DNA of 64,000 bases from Bacteroidota bacterium (GTDB lineage Bacteria > Bacteroidota > Bacteroidia > UKL13-3). The position numbers were made by a program, and so were the translations under genes. The stretch covers positions 22,526-86,525 of the forward strand of contig JAWXAU010000159.1 of assembly GCA_034439655.1 (NCBI GenBank), read 5' to 3'. Shown one piece after another: positions 9,808-18,619 of the stretch. Under the pieces are notes generated by a model. That model did not search any database, was not told where the DNA came from, and saw only the letters and a program-made list of their open reading frames with translations. Each line of letters starts with the position of its first letter. Position 1 is the first letter of the stretch.

Positions 9808-12396
9808 TTATATAGTTTCTAAAATTTTTATATTTCCTGTCGAACCATCCATCTCCACCCAGTCTCCTGTTTTCAATCTTTGCAATAGTCCTGAAATACC
9901 CACCACACATGGTATCCCCATCTCGCGTGAGACAATAGCTGAGTGGCTGAGCAAACTTCCACGTTCCACCAAAATGCCTGAAGCAGTTGGAAATAATGAT
10001 ACCCAGCCTGGGTCGGTGCTGCTGGTTACCAATATATCTCCATCTAATCCTTCGGCTTCGGAAGGGTGTGTCAATACCCGTACTTTTGCTTTTACAACAC
10101 CTGCACAGCAAGGAATTCCCTTTAAGTCTCCTTCCAAAATTTGCATATTTTTTTCTGCAGCCATTTTGTTGCCTGCATATAAAGGTCCATAACTTTTTAT
10201 CCTTTCTGCTGGATTCATCTTTTCAAAATCGAGATACATTTGTTTGCGAAGTAAAACTAAATCTTTCAAATTACTATGCACGAATGTTCCCTTAATGGCT
10301 CCGAAAATTTCAATTTGTGTTAGATAAAAAATATCAGCAGCGTTTTCCAATAAATGTTCTGCATAGAACTTATTCCCTATCTCCGTAAAAATATTCCTCA
10401 CCATGGCAAAACCTCTGGTCCTTTCGTAGCGAAGGTTTTCACGATTGCTCACTAGATACCGTGCTTTGCCCATGATATAATTGAAGAAGAATTTTTTAAT
10501 GGGTTTATTTTTTAACTTATTATATATAAACAACTCCGCTTCTTTCCTCACTTTGGGTTCTGTATGCACACCTCTAATACTTTCTGCTTTCAAATATCCT
10601 TTTAATATTTGGATATACATTTCTGGTTTTTGACGGTACGTAATTGTTTCCAATTTAAGTTCGCCCACCGTTCTATCTCCCCAACGATCCAAATATTTAT
10701 CTATTTTTTGCTTGAGTTCAAAATACTTTTCATCATGAAGCATTCTCCATATTTTCAGATTGTCCTTTTCCTCAAATAAAGTTTTATATAATATATTTTG
10801 TTTAATAAAGGAGACAAGTTCAAGCCCCATCATAACAGGCTCCACAGAAACAATATCGCCTGATCCTGCCATCAAATCATTATGTAAATTGCTATGTTCA
10901 TCACCAGATATTTTCACCACCAATTTTTGCAAGAGTCCGAAATATATCATACAAAAAAAGTCATTGGTAAGTGGTGCTTTCCATTTTTTCACCAAGGTAT
11001 CTTCAAACTCTAGATAATCATTCATCAATTCATCAGGTCTGCGTTGTGAGAAATCTATCTGTTTATATGTGGTAATAACCTTATTGAAATGTTCTAAGAA
11101 TTCTCTTCGTTGCTTGTCTACCGTAAACAAATTATATAATACAAATCGAATAGCACGCAACACATCCATATAATCACGTAATCCTGCTCGCTTAGGCTCT
11201 TCCGTATTAAATGATTCCTTAACACCCATCATTTTCTCCATGAACTTGGCATTGATGGAAAAGCCAGGCAATAGTGCCAAGGCATTATACCAATTATTCA
11301 AATTATAATATACACGTCCATATATATGTCCCAGCATATTGGCATATACTTCTCCATTGGCTGCAATCACAGAGGGACGAATACCCATGATGGCACTGAA
11401 TTGCCGGTACACACTATCATACATTTTCGCAATAAATGAAAAAGTTAGTGGCAGGGTGAAACCCGGGTATGATTCTATAATATTACTATTGTCCCAAATG
11501 GTGGATTTTGCTCCTGAATCAGGCACGTGCACATGGCTAGTAATAGGACGAGCCTGCAATAAGTATAATATATTGTTTTTATAAGCAAATTCTATATCTT
11601 GGTATTTGTGAAAATACTTATATAATGTATTTAATACTTCTGCTACTTCATAAATTTGTGCATCGCTCAAAGAAGCCTGATTTTGCTTGCCTTCGGGTAC
11701 TGCTACTATTTTTACTCCTGATTTATTCTCAATATCAAAAACCAACATTTCAGTTTTTACTGCAATCTGTTTTTCTATATTGTTTTCTTTGACAGTAAAT
11801 GTATCTGCTAATAATTCTCCCGATACCAAACCTTCACCCAACCCATATAAAGTACTAATCGTTTTCACAGTTCTATTTCCGTCCAATGGGTTGATACCAA
11901 AGCCCACCCCAGCGACATCTGCATCAATCATTTCTTGTATAATTATAGATACAGGGACAATTCTACTTTCACCTGCATTATATACTTTTACCCTAAGTGC
12001 GTATGCCGATTTCCACACTTTTTTAATGGCATTATATATTTCATTGAAGGGAACATATAGTAAAGTTTCATACTGTCCTGCAAAAGATTTATCTCCAGTA
12101 TCTTCTGCAATTCCCGATGATCTTACTGCAAAATATTTAGATTCGTCTACTCCAAAATATGCTTTTAAAGAACTTAGCAGTGCATCATCAAATATATAAT
12201 TGTCAATGATAGTTTCTGGCTTTTCGTTAGGATTGCTTTCAATTTCGTAAATAATAATCGCTGCGGGAACTACTGCATAGTCGGGTACTCTGAGTCCTAT
12301 ACTTTGCAAATGAAATAAATTCCAAGCTTTCATACCAGTGATTTGTTCATCACCGCTTTGTATTTTATAATCTTTAGAAAAAATAATTTGTTTCAT
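9808..12396 (-). CDS. PEP-utilising phosphotransferase, PEP-synthase / rifampin-phosphotransferase-like architecture (PPDK_N ATP-grasp + C-terminal His swivel domain)
   Basis: N-terminal GMKAWNLFHLQSIGLRVPDYAVVP (PEP/pyruvate-binding domain, GxKAxNL). C-terminal GSLLSHSAIVSREMGIPCVVG (PEP-utilisers mobile His domain). 862 aa, as in RPH-family enzymes. Confidence 0.75.
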   Translation of the reverse strand: MKQIIFSKDYKIQSGDEQITGMKAWNLFHLQSIGLRVPDYAVVPAAIIIYEIESNPNEKPETIIDNYIFDDALLSSLKAYFGVDESKYFAVRSSGIAEDTGDKSFAGQYETLLYVPFNEIYNAIKKVWKSAYALRVKVYNAGESRIVPVSIIIQEMIDADVAGVGFGINPLDGNRTVKTISTLYGLGEGLVSGELLADTFTVKENNIEKQIAVKTEMLVFDIENKSGVKIVAVPEGKQNQASLSDAQIYEVAEVLNTLYKYFHKYQDIEFAYKNNILYLLQARPITSHVHVPDSGAKSTIWDNSNIIESYPGFTLPLTFSFIAKMYDSVYRQFSAIMGIRPSVIAANGEVYANMLGHIYGRVYYNLNNWYNALALLPGFSINAKFMEKMMGVKESFNTEEPKRAGLRDYMDVLRAIRFVLYNLFTVDKQRREFLEHFNKVITTYKQIDFSQRRPDELMNDYLEFEDTLVKKWKAPLTNDFFCMIYFGLLQKLVVKISGDEHSNLHNDLMAGSGDIVSVEPVMMGLELVSFIKQNILYKTLFEEKDNLKIWRMLHDEKYFELKQKIDKYLDRWGDRTVGELKLETITYRQKPEMYIQILKGYLKAESIRGVHTEPKVRKEAELFIYNKLKNKPIKKFFFNYIMGKARYLVSNRENLRYERTRGFAMVRNIFTEIGNKFYAEHLLENAADIFYLTQIEIFGAIKGTFVHSNLKDLVLLRKQMYLDFEKMNPAERIKSYGPLYAGNKMAAEKNMQILEGDLKGIPCCAGVVKAKVRVLTHPSEAEGLDGDILVTSSTDPGWVSLFPTASGILVERGSLLSHSAIVSREMGIPCVVGISGLLQRLKTGDWVEMDGSTGNIKILETI

Positions 12397-12402
12397 AATA
12401 GA

Positions 12403-13329
12403 TTATATAAGATTGCCAATCATGGGGCCTGCACCTAAAATTAAATACATACAGATGCTCCAAATTCCTGAAGATAATTCAATTTGCTTGGCATATTTTG
12501 TTTGCATATTGCTCCTGAACATCAATGCGGGTATACAACATACCACAAACAATACAGCCAATATAATATATGGACCCACATTATAATTTGCATAATAACA
12601 AGCACCCATTGCCAGCATCATAGTTCCCAATAGACACAATATCCAATATATGGGAGCAGCTTTATGACCCATTAGATTGGTATAAGAAACAACACCAGGT
12701 TCTTCCTTATCTGGAGTTTTTATTTTGCGACCTATCTCCAATACAATTCCATTCATAAACGAAACCAAAAAGAAAAATATCAAACCCTTGGGAGCAGAAG
12801 CTCCCGCCAGGAACCAATCGTAGCCGCTTGCGTACACATCGACCAAAGGTATAATAAGCATGTGCGATACCACATACCAAAATTGTCTTTTTCGCAACCA
12901 TTCTACTATAAAGAATTCTTTCAACATTAACATCATATATAGCATCGCTACTAAATACAATATAATCATATTGGGGTAGGTAAATATTTGCACGAGTATT
13001 TGCAAACCTGCTACACAAAAACCTATATATTTTAGTTCGTTTAAAGATATAATACCACGGGGAACTGGCAAATAACTTCTATATAATTTATCTTCTTCAG
13101 CATCCTTATGTTCATCGCAAATTCGCAATAATAAAAACAAGGTAATGGTATTAAATATACAAACCAGATAAGGCTCCCATGCTATGAAACCATCGGCTCC
13201 ACGGCAAATTCGAGAATACGATATGGCAGAAAAACTAAATGCTGCGATGAGCAAACCGTGTGTTGCAAACGGAAATCTTTCTTTTTGATATATATAAAAT
13301 CGTTTGATGAATGAATCCATAATATACAA
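12403..13329 (-). CDS. UbiA-family-like integral membrane prenyltransferase (putative)
   Basis: About 8 predicted TM segments. Asp-rich motif RICDEHKDAEEDK (DxxxDxxxD) after TM2 as in UbiA-superfamily enzymes. 308 aa. Confidence 0.4.
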   Translation of the reverse strand: MYIMDSFIKRFYIYQKERFPFATHGLLIAAFSFSAISYSRICRGADGFIAWEPYLVCIFNTITLFLLLRICDEHKDAEEDKLYRSYLPVPRGIISLNELKYIGFCVAGLQILVQIFTYPNMIILYLVAMLYMMLMLKEFFIVEWLRKRQFWYVVSHMLIIPLVDVYASGYDWFLAGASAPKGLIFFFLVSFMNGIVLEIGRKIKTPDKEEPGVVSYTNLMGHKAAPIYWILCLLGTMMLAMGACYYANYNVGPYIILAVLFVVCCIPALMFRSNMQTKYAKQIELSSGIWSICMYLILGAGPMIGNLI

Positions 13330-13373
13330 TTAAGTTTGTTTGAATTATTATATATAATTTCTACCTCCGCGGA

Positions 13374-14648
13374 TTATTTTTTTCTTCCGAATATTTTATG
13401 TGCTTTCGAAAAATTACCAGACGCCATTGCTGCGGCAATAGATAGTTCGCCACAGAGCACGGTTGCACCGCATATTTCTGCAAACTTTCGTGCCGAACCA
13501 GGCCCCACACAATCCAATAAATTTAAACATTCGCGTTGGGTGGGTAATCCAGTTCCGCCACCCACCGTACCCACCATCAAACTGGGCAAAGTAACTGCTA
13601 AATATAAATCGCCATTGCCCACAACTTCCATCCTAGTAACACCCACAAAAGCTTCCGATACACATGCTACATCTTGCCCGCAAGCCATAAATATAGCAGT
13701 TAATCCATTGGCAAAATGCCCTTGAATGCCGATGCTTCCGCTCAATACCGATGCTACTGAAGAAGTTTGCCAATATATAGCAATATCTTCGGGCGTGGAA
13801 CCCAATACTTCTTTTACCACCTGCCGCGTTATTTGTGCTTCGGCAGTTACTTTTTTTCCACGCACGGACGAAAATGAAACTGCGGTAGCTTTTTTATCGC
13901 CTGCATAATTACTTTCAATATACCATTGCTTTGGTTTTATGGGCAAGTGTTCTATTATATAATGACATACAGCATCAGTACATATCGTCACCATATTTTG
14001 TCCTGCGGCATCGCCAGTTGTATAATCAAAAATCATCACAGCTTGGTTGCCTTCCATATTCAATCTGAAATCTTCCAGTTTTGCATGATTGCTATGTTTA
14101 CTTACAATTTCGCGAAATACTTCAATTTTATCCAGAACCCAAAACATAAAGGTACCCAATTCGCTCAATGAATTAAATCGAAAAACAGGAGCTCTTTGAA
14201 CAGCTTCGGTAAGGCAAACCGAGGTTATACCTCCGCATAGCCGTGATGCTTTTGCACCTCTGTTATACGATGCCACCAACGCCCCTTCACTAGTAGCCAT
14301 TGGCACATAGAAATCGCCCTGTGCAAGCGTGCCGCTTATATGGAGTGGCCCCATAATTCCAGTTGGTATTTGGGTCATTCCTATATAATTTTCTATATTG
14401 CCCCGCAAAGATTCTGTGTCTTCAAATTTTGATACCCCGGTTAAAAAGGGCAACTCCATGTTCTTTTCCTTTTTTATAAAATCTAAACGATGCTCCCAAG
14501 CTTCCTTACTCCAAGAAATAGGACCCGGAATGGAAGGGCTGATACCTGAACTTTCTCGCAACTTCAAGTCTTCGAGTACTTGCTCGAAAGGCTTGATACG
14601 GGTAAATAGTTCAATAAGTTTGCGTGCTTTTTCGCTGCTTGTCGACAT
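13374..14648 (-). CDS. hydroxymethylglutaryl-CoA reductase (class I, NADPH), mevalonate pathway
   Basis: ENYIGMTQIPTGIMGPLHISG, GDAAGQNMVT and VGTVGGGTGLPTQRECL match the conserved HMGR catalytic motifs (ENVIGxxxIPxGxAGPL, DAMGMN, GTVGGGT). Confidence 0.9.
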   Translation of the reverse strand: MSTSSEKARKLIELFTRIKPFEQVLEDLKLRESSGISPSIPGPISWSKEAWEHRLDFIKKEKNMELPFLTGVSKFEDTESLRGNIENYIGMTQIPTGIMGPLHISGTLAQGDFYVPMATSEGALVASYNRGAKASRLCGGITSVCLTEAVQRAPVFRFNSLSELGTFMFWVLDKIEVFREIVSKHSNHAKLEDFRLNMEGNQAVMIFDYTTGDAAGQNMVTICTDAVCHYIIEHLPIKPKQWYIESNYAGDKKATAVSFSSVRGKKVTAEAQITRQVVKEVLGSTPEDIAIYWQTSSVASVLSGSIGIQGHFANGLTAIFMACGQDVACVSEAFVGVTRMEVVGNGDLYLAVTLPSLMVGTVGGGTGLPTQRECLNLLDCVGPGSARKFAEICGATVLCGELSIAAAMASGNFSKAHKIFGRKK

Positions 14649-14773
14649 AAATTGTTAATTATTAAAGATTGACAAAGATATGTTTACAATTGGTAATACA
14701 AAATCTGATTTATCGTAAAGTACAACCAAGAATTGTATAAACCATTAAGAAGTTAAGGGGCATTAAGCATATT

Positions 14774-14945
14774 TATACCAATTCTTAAACTAAAATAGTT
14801 CTCCGCCTGTGGCGGATTTGGTTTTTAGAATGGTAATGCCGAACTACATCCCGAAAGCCCCGCTTAATCCCGATAATTATCGGGATGCGGGGGGTTTAGC
14901 CCCTTTCTTTTCGACTATTATATATTGAGTTTCGGTATTACTTAA
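14774..14945. repeat. interspersed repeat element, copy A (long form with internal CCCGATAATTATCGGG palindrome)
   Basis: Shares tataccaattcttaaactaaaatagttctccgcctgtggcggattt...tagaatggtaatgccgaactaca...ctttcttttcgactattatatattgagtttcggtatta with copies at 25924, 41858 (reverse complement) and 52124. Confidence 0.8.
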
Positions 14946-15017
14946 TATTCTTAACTCTTTCCCGCCGCGGCTGGAATATTATGTTTTGTGCTGTAAAGAG
15001 AATTGTAAAAAGGTCTA

Positions 15018-15980
15018 TTATATAATACCCTCCCTATTCAAATCATGAATATGCAAAAGGCCGACGTACTTCCCTGAATCGGTGACTAGAAGTTGCGAAA
15101 TTTTATATTCTCTCACTAGCTCCAAAGCCTCGGTAGCCATAGCATTTTTTTCTATTTGCTTGGGAGCAGTATTCATCAAATTCGTAGCCGTAGTGCCAGC
15201 CAAATTATCAGTTTTTTCTATCAATCGACGCAAGTCCCCATCGGTTATAATACCGCATATCTTATCACCATTAATTACCGCAGTTGCACCTAACCGCCCA
15301 CTACTTATGGAATATATAACTTCTTTTAAAGGTGAATCAGGATTTACAATTGGTTTTTCTGATGATATAATATCACCAACTTTCATATATAATTTTTTGC
15401 CCAAAGCACCGCCTGGGTGAAACTTGGCAAAATCTTCAGGACCAAAATTTCTGCATGATAATAATGCAACTGCAAGTGCGTCACCCATCACCAATTGAGC
15501 CGTGGTACTGCTTGTGGGGGCAAGGTTATTGGGACATGCCTCGGTGCTTATGGTGCAATTCAATAACATATCAGCATGTGTGGCCAAGTAAGAATTTGTA
15601 TTGCCCACCATCGCTATCAATTTATTGCCTGCTCTTTTCAATAATGGGGTGAGTACTTTTATTTCGGAAGTCTCCCCACTTTTACTAATTGCTATTATAA
15701 TATCATCTTGTTGCAAAGTTCCCAAATCTCCGTGCACGGCATCGGCGGCATGCATAAATACGGAGGGCGTTCCCGTACTGTTGAGCGTAGCTACAATTTT
15801 TTGCCCGATAATGGCACTTTTGCCAATGCCCGTAACCACTACTCTTCCCGTGCTTTGTATAATACATTGTACCGCATCTGCAAAACCAGAATCTATATGT
15901 TGTTCCAAAGCCAATATCTCCGCAGCTTCGGTACGAATAGTTTGTTTGGCATTGTCAATGATTTCTTGGGGTGAGAGCAT
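15018..15980 (-). CDS. kpsF: arabinose-5-phosphate isomerase KpsF/GutQ (SIS + tandem CBS domains)
   Basis: GIGKSAIIGQKIVATLNSTGTPSVFMHAADAVHGDLG (SIS). C-terminal CBS pair. Start set at MLSPQEII (ATG at 15980, complement). The track ORF to 16139 is an upstream extension. Confidence 0.85.
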   Translation of the reverse strand: MLSPQEIIDNAKQTIRTEAAEILALEQHIDSGFADAVQCIIQSTGRVVVTGIGKSAIIGQKIVATLNSTGTPSVFMHAADAVHGDLGTLQQDDIIIAISKSGETSEIKVLTPLLKRAGNKLIAMVGNTNSYLATHADMLLNCTISTEACPNNLAPTSSTTAQLVMGDALAVALLSCRNFGPEDFAKFHPGGALGKKLYMKVGDIISSEKPIVNPDSPLKEVIYSISSGRLGATAVINGDKICGIITDGDLRRLIEKTDNLAGTTATNLMNTAPKQIEKNAMATEALELVREYKISQLLVTDSGKYVGLLHIHDLNREGII

Positions 15981-16281
15981 GGGCTTTTTGTTTGGAATTT
16001 GTGGTGCAAATATATGGGGGAGTTTGCAGTTTTTGGTAGACAGTTGTGACCCTGAACGTTCCCGAAAGTATTCGGGAGACAGGTGTAGTTTAGTGTACCT
16101 GAATAAAAATGAATATATAATACTTACTAAAACTATCACTTAGTAATACTGATTATATATATAAAAGTGACGAAAAATACCCAGACATAAAAAGTATTTA
16201 TGTGATTTGGATATTTGGGAAATAGGGATACCATTGAAACGACATTTATAAGACAAATAAGTAAGTTAGCTGTAATTTGAT

Positions 16282-16761
16282 ATGAAGGTAATTTTTCTCG
16301 ATATTGATGGAGTTCTTAATTCCATGGACCATTTGGATAGCCTGATGAAAATAAAACCATACAAAAAAAAACTTGAGCAATTTGATGAAATTACTCATGA
16401 AAAATTTGGTGAAAAATTTGATTTTCGTTGCTGCAATTGGCTCGAATATATTATTGGAGCAACAAAAGCAAAAATTGTTATTTCATCAAGTTGGAAAGAA
16501 ATAGGAATTGTTGGATTAAAAGAAATGTGGATTAAAAGAGCTTTACCAGGAGAAATACTGGATATTACCAAGGAATTAAAATCCTCCAGAGGACAAGAAA
16601 TTGATAATTGGGTTATTGAAAATAATCCTTCATCCTATGTTATAATTGATGATACCGCAGATTTTTTTTTACACCAAAATAAAAATTTAATACTAACCAA
16701 TAGTAAATTTGGACTAACAAGGGAACTATCAGACTTGGCAATTAAAATTTTAGGTACATAA
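16282..16761 (+). CDS. HAD-like small phosphatase-fold protein (HAD_SAK-type)
   Basis: MKVIFLDIDGVLNS (HAD motif I DxDGV), ISSSWK, IIDDTADF motifs. 159 aa. Paralog of the ORF at 42161. Confidence 0.55.
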   Translation: MKVIFLDIDGVLNSMDHLDSLMKIKPYKKKLEQFDEITHEKFGEKFDFRCCNWLEYIIGATKAKIVISSSWKEIGIVGLKEMWIKRALPGEILDITKELKSSRGQEIDNWVIENNPSSYVIIDDTADFFLHQNKNLILTNSKFGLTRELSDLAIKILGT

Positions 16762-16966
16762 CTAATCTGATAATAATCTATAAATTGGGTTAAACAAACT
16801 ACCCCAAACACGGGTTTTGCAATTATAGCCCGAGCCATTTTGCAAGCAGATTGATAAATGAAACGGGTTAGTGTCAAATGATTCAGATGGTTATAAAACA
16901 CAAATCGGCTCGGGTGGGAAACGTTATAAATTTTTGTTTTAAATATTACCAATTATTACTAGCTTT

Positions 16967-17227
16967 GTGAAAAAAATTATGGCACGAAACACCTGTGTTT
17001 CTTTGGGTAATTATTTTGAAACCTTTGTTGATAGCAGCGTTTCAGAAGGTAGATTTAAAAATGCCAGTGAAGTTATTAAAGCTGGTTTAAGATTATTGGA
17101 AGAAGAAGAAAATAAAATTAGGACACTTAAAATTGCCATAAACGAAGGAATTGAAAGTGGCATTGCTGAAGACTTCAATCCCAAACTTCATCTTAAATCT
17201 TTAAAAGCCAAAAGGAAAAATGGCTGA
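16967..17227 (+). CDS. parD: type II antitoxin ParD (RHH/CopG-like)
   Basis: VSLGNYFETFVDSSVSEGRFKNASEVIKAGLRLLEEEENK is a typical ParD sequence. Stop overlaps the start of the downstream toxin by 8 nt. Confidence 0.8.
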   Translation: MKKIMARNTCVSLGNYFETFVDSSVSEGRFKNASEVIKAGLRLLEEEENKIRTLKIAINEGIESGIAEDFNPKLHLKSLKAKRKNG

Positions 17228-17519
17228 GTATAAACTTACTAAAAAAGCTGTTGAAGATTTATCTAAAATTTGGGACTACACATATAGAGCTTGGTCTGAA
17301 AATCAGGCAGACAAATATTATTGTCAACTCCTTGAAGTTTGTCAAGAATTAGTTGAGAATCACAATTTGGGCAGCAATTATAACGACATTGGAAATGAAG
17401 TTTTGGGCTGCAAATCTCGCGAACATATAATTTTTTACAGAATTCTTAATAATAAAGTAATTGAAATTACTAGATTTCTTCACATAAGAATAGATTTGAA
17501 AAACAGGATTCAAGAATAA
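17220..17519 (+). CDS. parE: type II toxin ParE/RelE family
   Basis: 99 aa. YKLTKKAVEDLSKIWDYT...IIFYRILNNKVIEITRFLH matches ParE toxins. Translationally coupled to parD. Confidence 0.8.
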   Translation: MAEYKLTKKAVEDLSKIWDYTYRAWSENQADKYYCQLLEVCQELVENHNLGSNYNDIGNEVLGCKSREHIIFYRILNNKVIEITRFLHIRIDLKNRIQE

Positions 17520-17621
17520 AACTGCAGTTAACATATATATAGCTAAATTTCAAAAATAATATTACACTATATAATAAAAGTGAGAATTATATAAGATGAA
17601 AAAATCAGAAAAAAAATTAAA

Positions 17622-17993
17622 ATGATTGTAGAAAAAACCAAAACGGGCTTTTCTGCTTTTTCTGAGGAATATCCAATATTCACTGCAGCTAGGTCTATTA
17701 GTGAGTTAATAGATAATTCATACGAAGCGGCGAATCTCTATTTTGTCGATGATAAAATTAAAATAACGCACGATAATTTAAAACTTGAAATTGATTTCAA
17801 ACACTTTTTTAAATATTATAAAGTTTTAAATTCAAAATTTTTGGCTAATAAAATAGGAAAGAATCCTACTCTTTTGTCACAATATGTACAAGGTCATAAA
17901 AAACCCTCGCATACACAAACAGAAAAAATATTATCAGGTGTACATCAGATTGGTCAAGAACTTTCGGAGATAAATTTGATATATAGACGATAA
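17622..17993 (+). CDS. hypothetical protein with C-terminal XRE-type HTH (HicB/HigA-antitoxin-like?)
   Basis: LANKIGKNPTLLSQYVQGHKKPSHTQTEKILSGVHQIG resembles an XRE HTH. N-terminal part of unknown fold. Confidence 0.35.
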   Translation: MIVEKTKTGFSAFSEEYPIFTAARSISELIDNSYEAANLYFVDDKIKITHDNLKLEIDFKHFFKYYKVLNSKFLANKIGKNPTLLSQYVQGHKKPSHTQTEKILSGVHQIGQELSEINLIYRR

Positions 17994-18065
17994 TACTATA
18001 ATAAAAATTCAAATAAACATATTTTTTTACCATCAGAACAATATTAGAATAAAACAATATAAACA

Positions 18066-18530
18066 ATGAAACAATATTTTTTAAGACAAATTAAATCAGA
18101 AATTTGGGCAAACAAAATGATAGCAGATGCTATTGAAAAAGCCCACGAACCTGCTGAGAGAACCTTAGTACTTTTTTCACATATACTATCTGCATACAGT
18201 ATGTGGTTAAGCAGAATAAATGGTACCGCAATTACCTGTACACTTTTTCAGGATAGAACTTTAGCCGAATGTAAAATATTGATGAATGAAGTGTTCGAAG
18301 GTTATACAAACCATATAACAAATGCCGATGAAAATGAATTAAATAGAATCGTACATTTTACCTTTCCGCTTGATGGAAGCAAACGCAAAATGGCTGTCGC
18401 CGATGCCCTCACACATGTGGTAACACATTCATTCTATCACCGTGGGCAAATTGTAACAAGCCTAAAAGGAAAGATAGAACCATTACCGCTTACAACGTAT
18501 ATTGCTTTCGCAAGTGAGATGGATTCTTAG
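18066..18530 (+). CDS. DinB/YfiT-like family protein (putative metal-dependent hydrolase fold)
   Basis: LTHVVTHSFYHRGQIV C-terminal motif and about 150 aa length are typical of the DinB_2 family. Confidence 0.5.
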   Translation: MKQYFLRQIKSEIWANKMIADAIEKAHEPAERTLVLFSHILSAYSMWLSRINGTAITCTLFQDRTLAECKILMNEVFEGYTNHITNADENELNRIVHFTFPLDGSKRKMAVADALTHVVTHSFYHRGQIVTSLKGKIEPLPLTTYIAFASEMDS

Positions 18531-18619
18531 TTAAAAACTAAAAACTAAAAGTGCTTACGCCACCCTTTTCCCGAATACTTTCGGGAACGCTCAGGGTTAC
18601 AACTGTAAACTAATATATT

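Noticed and set aside
11687-12199. 170-aa plus-strand ORF
   Set aside because: Antisense to the PEP-synthase-like gene. No motifs. Spurious.
13336-14171. Plus-strand ORFs of 129, 60 and 81 aa
   Set aside because: All lie antisense within HMG-CoA reductase, whose frame shows diagnostic catalytic motifs. Spurious.
15601-16143. 180-aa plus-strand ORF and the long N-terminal extension of kpsF to 16139
   Set aside because: The plus ORF is antisense to kpsF. The KpsF homology begins at MLSPQEII (ATG at 15980), so upstream codons are an artefactual extension.
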